Shown here one piece after another: positions 55,666 to 64,000 of a stretch of DNA of 64,000 nt. The stretch lies in NCBI GenBank assembly GCA_947259315.1, contig CAMYLR010000023.1, forward strand, positions 6,276-70,275, in the 5' to 3' direction. A program made the translations under genes and the position numbers. The notes beneath the pieces were generated by a model. That model was not told the DNA's origin. It made no database searches and saw only the letters and a list, made by a program, of their open reading frames with translations. The DNA comes from an uncultured Gemmatimonadales bacterium (GTDB lineage: Bacteria; Gemmatimonadota; Gemmatimonadetes; JACCXV01; JAHWKZ01). Position 1 is the first letter of the stretch. Every line of letters begins with the position of its first letter.

Positions 55666-56574
55666 TTAAGCGTCCTCGCGGGTCAGGCTGGCGTGGATCA
55701 TGGCGCTCCACTGCGGCGCGGTGATGAAGACGTCGCCCCATCCGGGGTAGTCGTCGAAAGTCTCCTCGGCCTGGATCTCTTCGAGGCTCTTTCCGGTCTC
55801 GATGTGAGCGCGCACGATCGCCGTCGTCTCGGTCAGCATGGTGTGGAAGCGACGCAAGTCCTCGATGTCTCCGACCGGTCCATGCCCGGGGATGATGCGG
55901 ACGTTCTCCGGGATCCGATCGAGCACCGCGCTCACGTTCCCGGTGAACTGCAGGACGTCGCCACCGCTGCCGAGATCGATAAACGGGAACATGCCGTTGA
56001 AGAAGAGATCCCCCATGTGGACGACGTTCGACTGCGAGAACCACACCACGATGTCGCCATCGGTGTGACCTCCCGGTAGGTGGATCGCACGGATCTCCTC
56101 GCCGTTGAAGTGGATCGACAGCGAGTCGGTAAACGTCACCACCGGCAACCCCTCGGCGGGCAGCGGGCCGTAGGTCATGCCGAGGACTTCCTGCTGCGTG
56201 GAGAGCCGATGACGAACGTTGTGATGCGCCACGATCGGCGCCGAACCGCCCCAATCCTGGTTGGCCCCGGTGTGATCCGGATGCCAATGAGTATTGAGCA
56301 GAAACTTCACCTTGCCCTCGCCTAGCTCGCCCAACGCCCCACGTACGCGTTCGGTCAACGGTGCCATCAGGTCATCGACGATCAGCATGCCGTCGTCGCC
56401 CACCGACACACCGATGTTTCCACCGGGACCGAACAACGCGTAGACGTTGCCTGCGACCTCGCGGGTCTCGATCACCGCGCTCGCCATGTCCTGGCCAAGC
56501 AAGGTCTGGACTCCAACGAGAGATGAGAGTACAAGCAGCACCGTTCCAACCGACAAACGCGAAGAACTCATCAT
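55666..56574 (-). CDS. secreted metallo-beta-lactamase-fold hydrolase
   Basis: A signal peptide, then LLNTHWHPDHTGAN (HxHxDH), LPGGHTDGD and a later PGHG. Confidence 0.8.
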   Translation of the reverse strand: MMSSSRLSVGTVLLVLSSLVGVQTLLGQDMASAVIETREVAGNVYALFGPGGNIGVSVGDDGMLIVDDLMAPLTERVRGALGELGEGKVKFLLNTHWHPDHTGANQDWGGSAPIVAHHNVRHRLSTQQEVLGMTYGPLPAEGLPVVTFTDSLSIHFNGEEIRAIHLPGGHTDGDIVVWFSQSNVVHMGDLFFNGMFPFIDLGSGGDVLQFTGNVSAVLDRIPENVRIIPGHGPVGDIEDLRRFHTMLTETTAIVRAHIETGKSLEEIQAEETFDDYPGWGDVFITAPQWSAMIHASLTREDA

Positions 56575-57443
56575 GCCTCCCCTTCAGGTTTGGTCCCAGT
56601 TTCGCCCTCGATGCCCATCTGGCGTCGATAGTACTCGGGGAACCGCAACATCTTGGCGATCAACTTTGGCGACAAGGCGTCCGCCCATGGCACGAGCCGC
56701 GCCGCCCGGTACGGATACACCTCGAACCGTGGGCGCTCCAAACAATCGACGATCGCGTGCGCGACCTGGTCGGCGGTCTGGCGCGGTCCACTCGGAAGCG
56801 CCGAGCCGAGCTTCCTCTCGCGGTCCGGGCTCTTGCGGATCGACTCGAAAAACTCTGTATCGGTGCCGACGGGATACACGACCGAGACATCGATCCCGAC
56901 CGTCTCAGCCTCCACGCGAAGTCCATCAGCCATCACCGATTGAGCCGCCTTTGTCGCGCTGTACAGCGAGTTGGCCGGCAACCCGTGCTGTGCCAACACC
57001 GACGAGACGATGATGATGTGTCCCTGTCGCTGGACCTCGAACACTGGCCACGCCGCCTGGATCGCCCACACCGTGCCCAACACGTTGACGTCAAAGATCT
57101 CGCGTGCCTGCTCGGGAGGTGTGGTGGCGACCGGCGCAACGATGCCAAAACCGGCGTTGGCGATGATCGCGTCGAGGCTCCCCCAGCGGCGCGTAACCGC
57201 GGTCACGAGCCCGGCCACCGCGTCGCGATCGCGGACATCGCCGACGACCGTCTCGACCTCCCCACCTTGCTCGCGAATCTCTTTGGCGAGCTTCTCGAGC
57301 CGCACCTCACGACGAGCGAAGAGCCCCACCCGCATCCCTCTACGGGCGCACGCCACGGCGGTCGCCGCACCGATGCCGCTCGACGCGCCGGTGATCGCAA
57401 CTACCCGATCGGCGAGATCTCTGCCCAAGAGCACCCCACTCAA
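56571..57443 (-). CDS. short-chain dehydrogenase/reductase (SDR)
   Basis: ITGASSGIGAATA (TGxxxGxG), NAG, and S...YSATK (catalytic YxxxK). The stop overlaps the MBL gene ATG (ATGA). Confidence 0.85.
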   Translation of the reverse strand: MSGVLLGRDLADRVVAITGASSGIGAATAVACARRGMRVGLFARREVRLEKLAKEIREQGGEVETVVGDVRDRDAVAGLVTAVTRRWGSLDAIIANAGFGIVAPVATTPPEQAREIFDVNVLGTVWAIQAAWPVFEVQRQGHIIIVSSVLAQHGLPANSLYSATKAAQSVMADGLRVEAETVGIDVSVVYPVGTDTEFFESIRKSPDRERKLGSALPSGPRQTADQVAHAIVDCLERPRFEVYPYRAARLVPWADALSPKLIAKMLRFPEYYRRQMGIEGETGTKPEGEA

Positions 57444-57599
57444 GGTTTTTCACGCGAAAAAGATGGATCGGAACGTAGCGCCCGGCGGGTCGCCAGGCAC
57501 CCGTCCGGTTGACGGCTTCGGCCCGTTCGCGGAGCTTTTGGGGCATCCACATCGCGCATGCCGTGATTTTCTTGATTCCCGACCGTGAGGACGAAACCG

Positions 57600-59207
57600 A
57601 TGGCAAATCCCACGATGACCGCCGACCCGGCGGCACCGTCGACGCTGGCCGAGCGGCTGGCGGATTTCCAGCCCGAGACGTACTACGATTTCAACGATCC
57701 GGATGCCGCGGCGCAGATGCGGGCGGCGCTCGAGCAAGTCGAAAGCGAGCTCGGTCGCACCTATCCCAACCGGATCGGCGGCAAAGACGTCACGATGGAT
57801 GAGACGTACGCGTCGACCAATCCTGCCAACCCAAAGCAGGTGATCGGCCACTTTCCGCGTGGTGACGAGGCCGTGGGCGAGCGCGCTGTCGAAGCGGCCA
57901 GCAAGGCGTTCGAGGATTGGAAGCGGGTATCGCCGGCCGAGCGTGCGGATTACGTGTTCAAGGCGGCTGACGTCATGCGGCGGCGCCGGCTCGAGCTTGC
58001 CGCCTGGATGGTTTACGAGGTCGGCAAGAGCTGGGGCGAGGCCGACGGCGACGTTGCGGAAGCGATCGACTTCTGCGACTACTACGCCCGGCTCATGCTC
58101 CACTACGGCTACGATGAGTACCCACTCGCCGAGCACGAACCCGAAGACAACCAAGTCGTGTACTTACCACTTGGTGTCGGAGCCATCATCCCGCCGTGGA
58201 ACTTCCCACTGGCGATCCTGGCCGGGATGGCGTCGGCTGCGATCGTGAGCGGCAACACGGTGATCATCAAGCCGGCCAGCGAATCGATGGCGATCGCCTG
58301 GAAGTTCGTCGAGGTGATGGACGAAGCGGGGCTGCCGCCTGGAGTGTTGAACCTCACGTTTGGTTCCGGGAGTGTGATCGGCCGTCGACTCGTGGATCAC
58401 CCCAAGACGCGTTTCGTAGCATTCACCGGATCGAAGGAAGTCGGCATCGAGATCAACGAGCGCGCCTCCGAGGTCCGACCTGGCCAGATCTGGCTCAAGC
58501 GGATCGTCGCCGAGATGGGCGGCAAGGATGCGATCGTTGTCGCCGCTGACGCCGATCTGGACGCCGCCGCCGAGGGGGTCGTGACATCCGCCTTTGGCTA
58601 TCAGGGCCAGAAGTGCTCGGCGTGCTCGCGCGCCATCGTGGTCGAGGATGTCTACGACGATTTCGTCGGCCGGGTCGTCGAGCGCACGAGCAAGATTGAC
58701 CCTGGCTCGGTCGTCGACGGTGCGTGGATGGGCCCGGTGGTTAGCGCCAGCCAGTTCCGCACCGTGAGTGAGTACATCGAGGTCGGAAAGAGCGAAGGCC
58801 GGCTCGTGCTGGGCGGCGAGCCCGACGACTCGACCGGCTTTTTCATTCCGCCGACGATCTTCGCTGACATCGAGCCCAACGCGCGGCTCTCGAAGGAGGA
58901 GATCTTCGGCCCGGTGCTGGCGATTACCAAGGCCCGTGACTACGACCATGCGTTGGAAATCGCCAACGACACCGACTTTGGGCTGACCGGCGCTGTGTAC
59001 ACTACCGACGAGCAGAAAATCGCCCAGGCGGAAGAGGAGTTTCACGTCGGTAACCTGTACATCAATCGCAAGTGCACCGGCGCCTTGGTCGGTGTGCACC
59101 CGTTCGGCGGGTTCAACATGTCGGGCACGGATTCCAAAGCCGGTGGCCGCGACTACTTGTTGCTGTTCCTCCAGCCCAAGACGATCGCGCGGCAGAAGAC
59201 CGCCTAG
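57600..59207 (+). CDS. pruA: L-glutamate gamma-semialdehyde (1-pyrroline-5-carboxylate) dehydrogenase, aldehyde dehydrogenase superfamily
   Basis: FPLAI..VIIKPAS, IVAEMGGKDAIVV (catalytic Glu region), FGYQGQKCSACSR (catalytic Cys), EEIFGPVL. The length and N-terminus are typical of PruA/RocA. The start is taken at ATG 57600. Confidence 0.8.
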   Translation: MANPTMTADPAAPSTLAERLADFQPETYYDFNDPDAAAQMRAALEQVESELGRTYPNRIGGKDVTMDETYASTNPANPKQVIGHFPRGDEAVGERAVEAASKAFEDWKRVSPAERADYVFKAADVMRRRRLELAAWMVYEVGKSWGEADGDVAEAIDFCDYYARLMLHYGYDEYPLAEHEPEDNQVVYLPLGVGAIIPPWNFPLAILAGMASAAIVSGNTVIIKPASESMAIAWKFVEVMDEAGLPPGVLNLTFGSGSVIGRRLVDHPKTRFVAFTGSKEVGIEINERASEVRPGQIWLKRIVAEMGGKDAIVVAADADLDAAAEGVVTSAFGYQGQKCSACSRAIVVEDVYDDFVGRVVERTSKIDPGSVVDGAWMGPVVSASQFRTVSEYIEVGKSEGRLVLGGEPDDSTGFFIPPTIFADIEPNARLSKEEIFGPVLAITKARDYDHALEIANDTDFGLTGAVYTTDEQKIAQAEEEFHVGNLYINRKCTGALVGVHPFGGFNMSGTDSKAGGRDYLLLFLQPKTIARQKTA

Positions 59208-59271
59208 GGCGACGCAGCCAGACCCGCATCCGCCGCTAGAACTCCGCGAGCTGGGCCTACTGCTCGGCTCG

Positions 59272-60405
59272 ATGGTGGGGTTCTTCGTATCGATCGGCCT
59301 GCTGATACCGACGTTGCCGCTCTACGTCCGCGATCTGGGCGGCTCGCCGGTCGACGTCGGGTTGATCGTCGGTGTCTTCTCGTTTGGCGTGTTGGTCGTG
59401 CGCCCGGTGGTCGGGCGGCTGCTCGACACGCGCGGCCGGCGCGTGGTGCTGATCATCGGGGGCGCGCTGGCGGCAGCGATGGCGCCGCTCTACTTGTGGC
59501 TCACTGCGGTTGCACTGTTGGTCGCGGTGCGTGTCATCCATGGCGTCGGTCTCTCAGCCTTTACCGGTGGTTGGGTAACGCTGGCGACCGACCTAGCACC
59601 GCCCGAGCGACGGACCGAGTTCATGGGGTATCTCTCGGCCGCGACCACACTCGCTTTTGCCATCGGCGCGCCGGTCGGTATCGAGATCGCGAACCGGTTC
59701 GGGTACGCAGCGCTTTTCTGGACGGTCGCTGGAACGGCGGTGGCGTCGGCCGTGCTCGCCGCCGCGCTGCGAGAACCGGAGCGGTCATCGACGATGCCTC
59801 AACCCGGGCACTACCGCGCTGCGATCTCGCGTCGTCAAGTCGTGGTGCCTACCGCGACGCTGCTGCTCACAACGCTGACCGTCGGTGCGGTATTCGCGTT
59901 CTTGCCGATCTTGCTGGAACAACGACGTCCCGGCGATTTCAGCCTTTTTTTCATCGTTCACGCGATCACTTCGGTCGTCGTGCGGGTAGTCATCGCGCGC
60001 GTAGCGCGATCGGTTGGCGACCGGCCGATGGTATGGGGTGGGCTGATGATCCACGCATTAGGAATCGCGTCATTGCCGCCTATCCAGGGACGGGCTTCGA
60101 TGCTCGGTGCGGCGGTGCTCTTCGGGATGGGGTTCGCGATCCTCTGGCCGGCGCTCTACGGGCTGGTTGCCAACGATGTCTCAGAGGCCGCACGCGGCAT
60201 GGTGCTCAACTTCTTTCTGGCGGCATTCGATCTCGGGATGGGGCTCGGCGGGCTCGTGTCGGGCCCGATCGTGGCCTGGGCCAGCATACCGGCGCTCATG
60301 AACGGAATGGCGGTGGTCCCATTCGTCGCGATCGCACTGTTTCTGGCCGGGCTCGGCTGGCGGTCGCAGACACCAGTACCGCAACAGGCGGCAGTTCGAT
60401 CATGA
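59272..60405 (+). CDS. MFS transporter
   Basis: About 12 predicted TM segments and an MFS loop motif (VVGRLLDTRGRRVVLIIG). The start is uncertain: ATG 59272 is the first ATG after the pruA stop, within ORF 59092..60405. Confidence 0.7.
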   Translation: MVGFFVSIGLLIPTLPLYVRDLGGSPVDVGLIVGVFSFGVLVVRPVVGRLLDTRGRRVVLIIGGALAAAMAPLYLWLTAVALLVAVRVIHGVGLSAFTGGWVTLATDLAPPERRTEFMGYLSAATTLAFAIGAPVGIEIANRFGYAALFWTVAGTAVASAVLAAALREPERSSTMPQPGHYRAAISRRQVVVPTATLLLTTLTVGAVFAFLPILLEQRRPGDFSLFFIVHAITSVVVRVVIARVARSVGDRPMVWGGLMIHALGIASLPPIQGRASMLGAAVLFGMGFAILWPALYGLVANDVSEAARGMVLNFFLAAFDLGMGLGGLVSGPIVAWASIPALMNGMAVVPFVAIALFLAGLGWRSQTPVPQQAAVRS

Positions 60406-61043
60406 GATGGCGATGGGTGCTCGCGGTGGCGTCGATTCCTCTTACGTCGACGCCAGTCACAGCTCAAGACCAGCCCGAGGGGCTGCACACGATTCCGTTC
60501 GAGATTCGTTATGCCGCCGCCGCCGTGGACTCAATTCTCACTTCACCGAATGGTGGGGTCCGACTCGAGGCGTTTGCGAACGACACGATCACCGGCGTGT
60601 ACATCACCGGAGAACTGAGCGGACAGCCCAGGTCGATCGGGTTTGGAGTCGATCCCGGTGATCGCCGCTACCTGTGGTTCTCGATTCGCCACGCATACAA
60701 CATGGAGTACGTGGCGATGCTGTTCGACATTGACGCCGACCTGACCCCGGAGTTCCTGCTCTTCCGAACGATCGACACCAAGCGCAGAACAGAGTACGCG
60801 ATCGACTACCGGGCGCCGCACGCGATCGACGAGATCTTCGACATCACGTTTCAGCCGGCGTGTGTGGAGCCGGCCTGTGACCCGAGCTCGTGGACCGTCC
60901 GCCCGCGGCAGATGGTGGCTGTGCCGGCAACGTGGTTCGGGATCTGGCGCCCGTTGTTCGGTCTCGCCGCGGCCCGTGGCGAGATGTGGATCGGTCGCCC
61001 GGTGGCCGCTCTCCGCCCGGTGCCTCCCAGCAATCAACAATGA
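60402..61043 (+). CDS. secreted hypothetical protein
   Basis: MRWRWVLAVASIPLTSTPVTAQD is a signal peptide. 213 aa. The ATG overlaps the MFS stop (ATGA). No family was recognised. Confidence 0.55.
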   Translation: MRWRWVLAVASIPLTSTPVTAQDQPEGLHTIPFEIRYAAAAVDSILTSPNGGVRLEAFANDTITGVYITGELSGQPRSIGFGVDPGDRRYLWFSIRHAYNMEYVAMLFDIDADLTPEFLLFRTIDTKRRTEYAIDYRAPHAIDEIFDITFQPACVEPACDPSSWTVRPRQMVAVPATWFGIWRPLFGLAAARGEMWIGRPVAALRPVPPSNQQ

Positions 61044-61774
61044 AAGGTTGGGTTTTGGGCCGGCGCGGTGAAGAAGCGGTCGAGCTGTTGGATGACGGCC
61101 ACGGATCAGAAGAGGAGATCGTCGAGTGCTATCACGAGTTGGGATTGGTCAACCGCTGGTTAGGCGGGTTCCGAGCGACGTTCGAGCCACTCGACCGTTG
61201 GACCGACAGATCCGGCCCAACAACGATCCTCGACGTCGCCGGCGGTGACGGGGATTACGCCGAGCAGTTTCTCGATTGGGCCGGATCGCGTGGCACCCAA
61301 TCCCACGTCTACATGCTCGACTACCACCCGGTCACGGTGCGGTTGGCACGAAACCGTCGGCTGGACGCTCTGATCTCGATCCGAGGTGATGCACTCGCGT
61401 TGCCGTTTCAGGATCGGAGCTTCGATCTCGTGCACTCAGCGGCGTTTTTCCACCACCTGTCGATCGGCCGAGCGTGCGATCTGTTGGCCGAGATGTGTCG
61501 CGTCAGCCGGCGGTTGGTGATCGTCAACGACCTCGTTCGCTCGCGCCTGGCCCAGGCTTCGATCTGGGCGCTGACCCGCGGGCTCAGCACGAACCGACTG
61601 ATCCGTCATGACGGGCCGCTGTCGGTTTCCAAGTCGTTCGTTCCACGTGAGCTGGAAGCGATCGCCCGCACCATGGAGCAGAGGGGGCACACCGACCTCC
61701 GGTGGCAGATAACGCGCACGTTTCCGTATCGGATGACGTTGGTTGGTGCGCGTCTATCGGGGACTGATCGATGA
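61040..61774 (+). CDS. class I SAM-dependent methyltransferase
   Basis: ILDVAGGDGDYA (motif I), ..GDALALPFQDRSFDLVHSA.., RRLVIVND. The ATG overlaps the upstream stop (ATGA). Confidence 0.75.
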   Translation: MKGWVLGRRGEEAVELLDDGHGSEEEIVECYHELGLVNRWLGGFRATFEPLDRWTDRSGPTTILDVAGGDGDYAEQFLDWAGSRGTQSHVYMLDYHPVTVRLARNRRLDALISIRGDALALPFQDRSFDLVHSAAFFHHLSIGRACDLLAEMCRVSRRLVIVNDLVRSRLAQASIWALTRGLSTNRLIRHDGPLSVSKSFVPRELEAIARTMEQRGHTDLRWQITRTFPYRMTLVGARLSGTDR

Positions 61775-62973
61775 ACCGCGATATCGTCATCGTCGGTGGC
61801 GGACCAGCCGGAGCGGCGACGGCGATCCACCTGGCGCGCGCGGGGCTCGATGTCTGCGTGCTCGATCGGGCGCGGTTCCCGCGCGACAAAGCGTGTGGCG
61901 AGTTTCTGAGCCCTGCGGCGACGCCGCTGCTAGAGGACCTCGGCGTGCGTGACGCGATCGACGCGGCGGGGGCGAAGCGGCTCGACCAGGTAACCATCTT
62001 TGGTGACGATCAGCGGCTCGACCTGGTGTTCCCCAACGACAGGGGAGCCCCTCCGTGGGGGTACGCGCTCTCACGCCGAACGCTCGACGCGATCCTACTG
62101 GACGGTGCCAGATCGGCCGGAGCCGAAGTCCGAGAGGGCACCAGCGTCGACGACCTCGTTTTCGACCGAGGTCGGGTCATCGGTGTGACCACTCGCGGCC
62201 AGGACGGAGAGCGCGGTTCGATCCGGGCCCGGCTCGTGGTCGGCGCCGGGGGTCGCAACTGCCCGGTCGCCCGCGGGTTGGGACTTCAGCGCCGGTCGCG
62301 TCGCCGCCGGATCGATCTGTTGGCCCATTGGACCACCAACGGCGACCCGGCTGATTCGCAATGTGAGCTCCACGTCGGTCGATCGGGTTACGTCGCCGCC
62401 GCTCCGGTCGAGGGCACGCGCCTCAACGTCAACTGCGTCGTGTCCCAAGCCGCCCTCCAGCGCTCCCCCGACCCGACGCTCGTCTACGACGACATGTTGC
62501 GGCGCAGCCCAGCGCTCGCTCGCTGGACCACCGGTCAACGAGCCGAGCCCGTCGTGGCGACCGATATCACGTCACTCACGACCACATCCGCCACGACAGA
62601 TGGTGCGTTGCTGGTCGGGGATAGCGCGCTGTTTCTGGATCCATTCACCGGCCAGGGTATCTACCTGGCGTTGGCGAGTGGACGCCTCGCCGCGGGCGTC
62701 GTCGCACGCGCGTTTTCAACCGGCATCGTCGACCACACAGCGCTGGCCGAGTATGACCGGTTGCGAGCCCGTGATTTCGCCGCCAAAGAACGCATGAGCG
62801 TCGCGATCCAGGGCATCATCAACCGTCCCTGGCTCAGCCGGCGTGTCATCCGCGGGCTGCGCCGTAACCGCGAGCTCGCCACCACGCTGGCCGCCGTCAC
62901 CGGAGATCTCACACCCGCCAATCATGCCTGGCGACTCGGTTTTGGCTATCAGCTGGCTCGGGCCGCGATCTAA
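61771..62973 (+). CDS. FAD-dependent oxidoreductase, geranylgeranyl-reductase family
   Basis: DIVIVGGGPAGAATAIHLARAGLDVCVLDR..KACGEFLSP..LVGDSALFLDPFTGQGIYLAL. The ATG overlaps the upstream stop (ATGA). Confidence 0.8.
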   Translation: MNRDIVIVGGGPAGAATAIHLARAGLDVCVLDRARFPRDKACGEFLSPAATPLLEDLGVRDAIDAAGAKRLDQVTIFGDDQRLDLVFPNDRGAPPWGYALSRRTLDAILLDGARSAGAEVREGTSVDDLVFDRGRVIGVTTRGQDGERGSIRARLVVGAGGRNCPVARGLGLQRRSRRRRIDLLAHWTTNGDPADSQCELHVGRSGYVAAAPVEGTRLNVNCVVSQAALQRSPDPTLVYDDMLRRSPALARWTTGQRAEPVVATDITSLTTTSATTDGALLVGDSALFLDPFTGQGIYLALASGRLAAGVVARAFSTGIVDHTALAEYDRLRARDFAAKERMSVAIQGIINRPWLSRRVIRGLRRNRELATTLAAVTGDLTPANHAWRLGFGYQLARAAI

Positions 62974-62980
62974 AAACAAC

Positions 62981-63009
62981 GAGCCCCGCCGCGAAATGCG
63001 ACGGGGCTC
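62981..63009. terminator. hairpin terminator between convergent genes, with a U-tract on the minus-strand side
   Basis: GAGCCCCGCCGC (62981..62992) pairs with GCGACGGGGCTC (62998..63009) with one mismatch. On the minus strand it is followed by GTTGTTTTTA. Confidence 0.6.
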
Positions 63010-63037
63010 GCTAACTACGCAGAACGTTGAAGGTTAC

Positions 63038-64000
63038 CTAGTACAACAGTTTCGCTCCCAGCTGGACACGGCGTGGGTCACCGAGACCGCTCTGGAACGT
63101 TCCGTCGAAGTTGAACAGCAGCGATCCGATCGAAGGATCCTGGAAGTTGTCGGTGTCCAACAGGTTGAACACCTCGAAGATCAACTCCATGCCGGCTCCA
63201 CCCTGGAACGGCACGATCTTGGACAGGCGGATGTCCCAAGAGAAGAACTCGTTGTCCTTCCTGAGGGTGTTCCGCTCGAGGATCGAACCGTCTGGGCAGA
63301 TCCGATCGGACGGTGCGGCGGCTCGTTCGCCGGTTCCCCGGTTGTTCGACCCACAGCTCTCCGAGATCGGCTGTGCCGACTGCGCCCGGAAGACGTTGTT
63401 CCAGTAGAGGTCGTACGGGAGCTTGACCAACGCGTAGGCGTTGAACCGGTGACGCTGGTCGCGATCGCTGTACCCCCACTCGGCGTCGAGGTCGTCAGCG
63501 CGCGCGTGCCGGAACGTGAACGGATCGCGCTCATTATCATCGTCCGACTTGTCCCACGACAACGTGTAGTTCGCCGCCATGTTGAGCCAGTCGCTGACCC
63601 CACCCTTCATACCGAAGGTGAGCCCGTTGTAGATCGAATGAGCATCGCTCCTGAGCACCGTCAGGTCGATAATCCCATTCAGCGTGTCCGCGGGTCCGGC
63701 CGACTGGCCGCGGACCGCCGGCAGTCCGGTGCCCCATGGGCTCCCAAACACCCCGTCGTTCGCGTTCTGGAAACGGAACATGTTTTCGGTGCGTGAGAAC
63801 GCGTACTCGAAATACGCCGCGAGCCCGGGAGCAACTTCCTGCTCGTACTCGATCGACGTCGAGAACGTCCGTGGGAGCTCGAGATCCTCCTCCGGCACCT
63901 GGATGCTCGGCAGGAACGGCTCGACACCAACAGTATTGATCAGCTCCCCGTACGCTGGGGGCGTGGCGCCAAAACCGTTGAACGTGCTATTAAAGAAGAT
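63038..64000 (-). CDS. TonB-dependent receptor / outer-membrane beta-barrel, C-terminal part (the gene continues beyond the right edge)
   Basis: Alternating beta-strand pattern ending in ..FEVFNLLDTDNF..GDPRRVQLGAKLLY* (aromatic terminus). The frame stays open upstream of the listed start (which is really an internal GTG at 63898) to position 64000. Confidence 0.8.
   Translation of the reverse strand: MFFNSTFNGFGATPPAYGELINTVGVEPFLPSIQVPEEDLELPRTFSTSIEYEQEVAPGLAAYFEYAFSRTENMFRFQNANDGVFGSPWGTGLPAVRGQSAGPADTLNGIIDLTVLRSDAHSIYNGLTFGMKGGVSDWLNMAANYTLSWDKSDDDNERDPFTFRHARADDLDAEWGYSDRDQRHRFNAYALVKLPYDLYWNNVFRAQSAQPISESCGSNNRGTGERAAAPSDRICPDGSILERNTLRKDNEFFSWDIRLSKIVPFQGGAGMELIFEVFNLLDTDNFQDPSIGSLLFNFDGTFQSGLGDPRRVQLGAKLLY

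Noticed and set aside
57450-58154. A 234-aa minus-strand ORF, and a 311-aa ORF at 58164..59099 (-).
   Set aside because: They are antisense to the aldehyde dehydrogenase (pruA) gene, which has clear catalytic motifs.
63043-63939. Plus-strand ORFs (317 aa, 98 aa, 67 aa) and out-of-frame minus-strand ORFs within the last 1 kb.
   Set aside because: They overlap the TonB-dependent receptor frame, which has the expected beta-barrel C-terminus. None has motifs.

Overview
This is a 64-kb, high-GC stretch of bacterial chromosome. Spot counts of backbone lines give about 70% G+C. Lipoproteins, a TonB-dependent receptor and a GT9 heptosyltransferase-like gene point to a diderm organism. All protein-family calls come from my own reading of the supplied translations and remembered motifs; no searches were run.

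I found no rRNA, tRNA, CRISPR array, transposase, integrase or phage genes. The window is mostly housekeeping. About 20 genes run on the minus strand from 29137 down to 12049, often with overlapping start and stop codons: queA, a beta-CASP gene, tgt, yajC, def, fmt, thiE-thiS-thiG, rsmB, a PASTA gene, rpe, nhaC, ffh, rpsP, rimM, trmD, rplS, rnhB and a cysteine desulfurase gene. Other housekeeping genes are rarA, mpg, cca, rho, ruvX, mltG, yebC-ruvCAB, acs, pdxST and pruA.

Observations worth follow-up:
1. A tightly coupled operon encodes a GcvT-family aminomethyltransferase plus two PYROXD2/CrtI-like flavoproteins (37555..41913). I read it as a candidate uncharacterised folate-linked amine N-demethylase.
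2. A conserved core of about 85 nt occurs twice in inverted orientation (5567..5683 and 11914..12061). Each copy starts 14-17 nt after a stop codon and sits inside a long closing helix whose sequence is specific to that locus.
3. rho is broken by an out-of-frame internal deletion of about 67 nt, yet it keeps a near-consensus promoter and a C-rich, G-poor leader.
4. A beta-CASP metallo-beta-lactamase gene between queA and tgt lacks the HxHxDH motif.
5. One gene fuses a class III cyclase, an NB-ARC/STAND ATPase and TPR repeats.
6. A small lipoprotein is rich in Met/Asp/Glu, has NPC repeats, and is built on a 33-bp tandem repeat.
7. A low-GC islet carries an ICMT-family methyltransferase gene and a decayed gamma-glutamylcyclotransferase-like gene.
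8. An EF-G paralogue reads NMMD where NKxD is expected.

Many long ORFs in the track are antisense shadows typical of high-GC DNA, and I rejected them.
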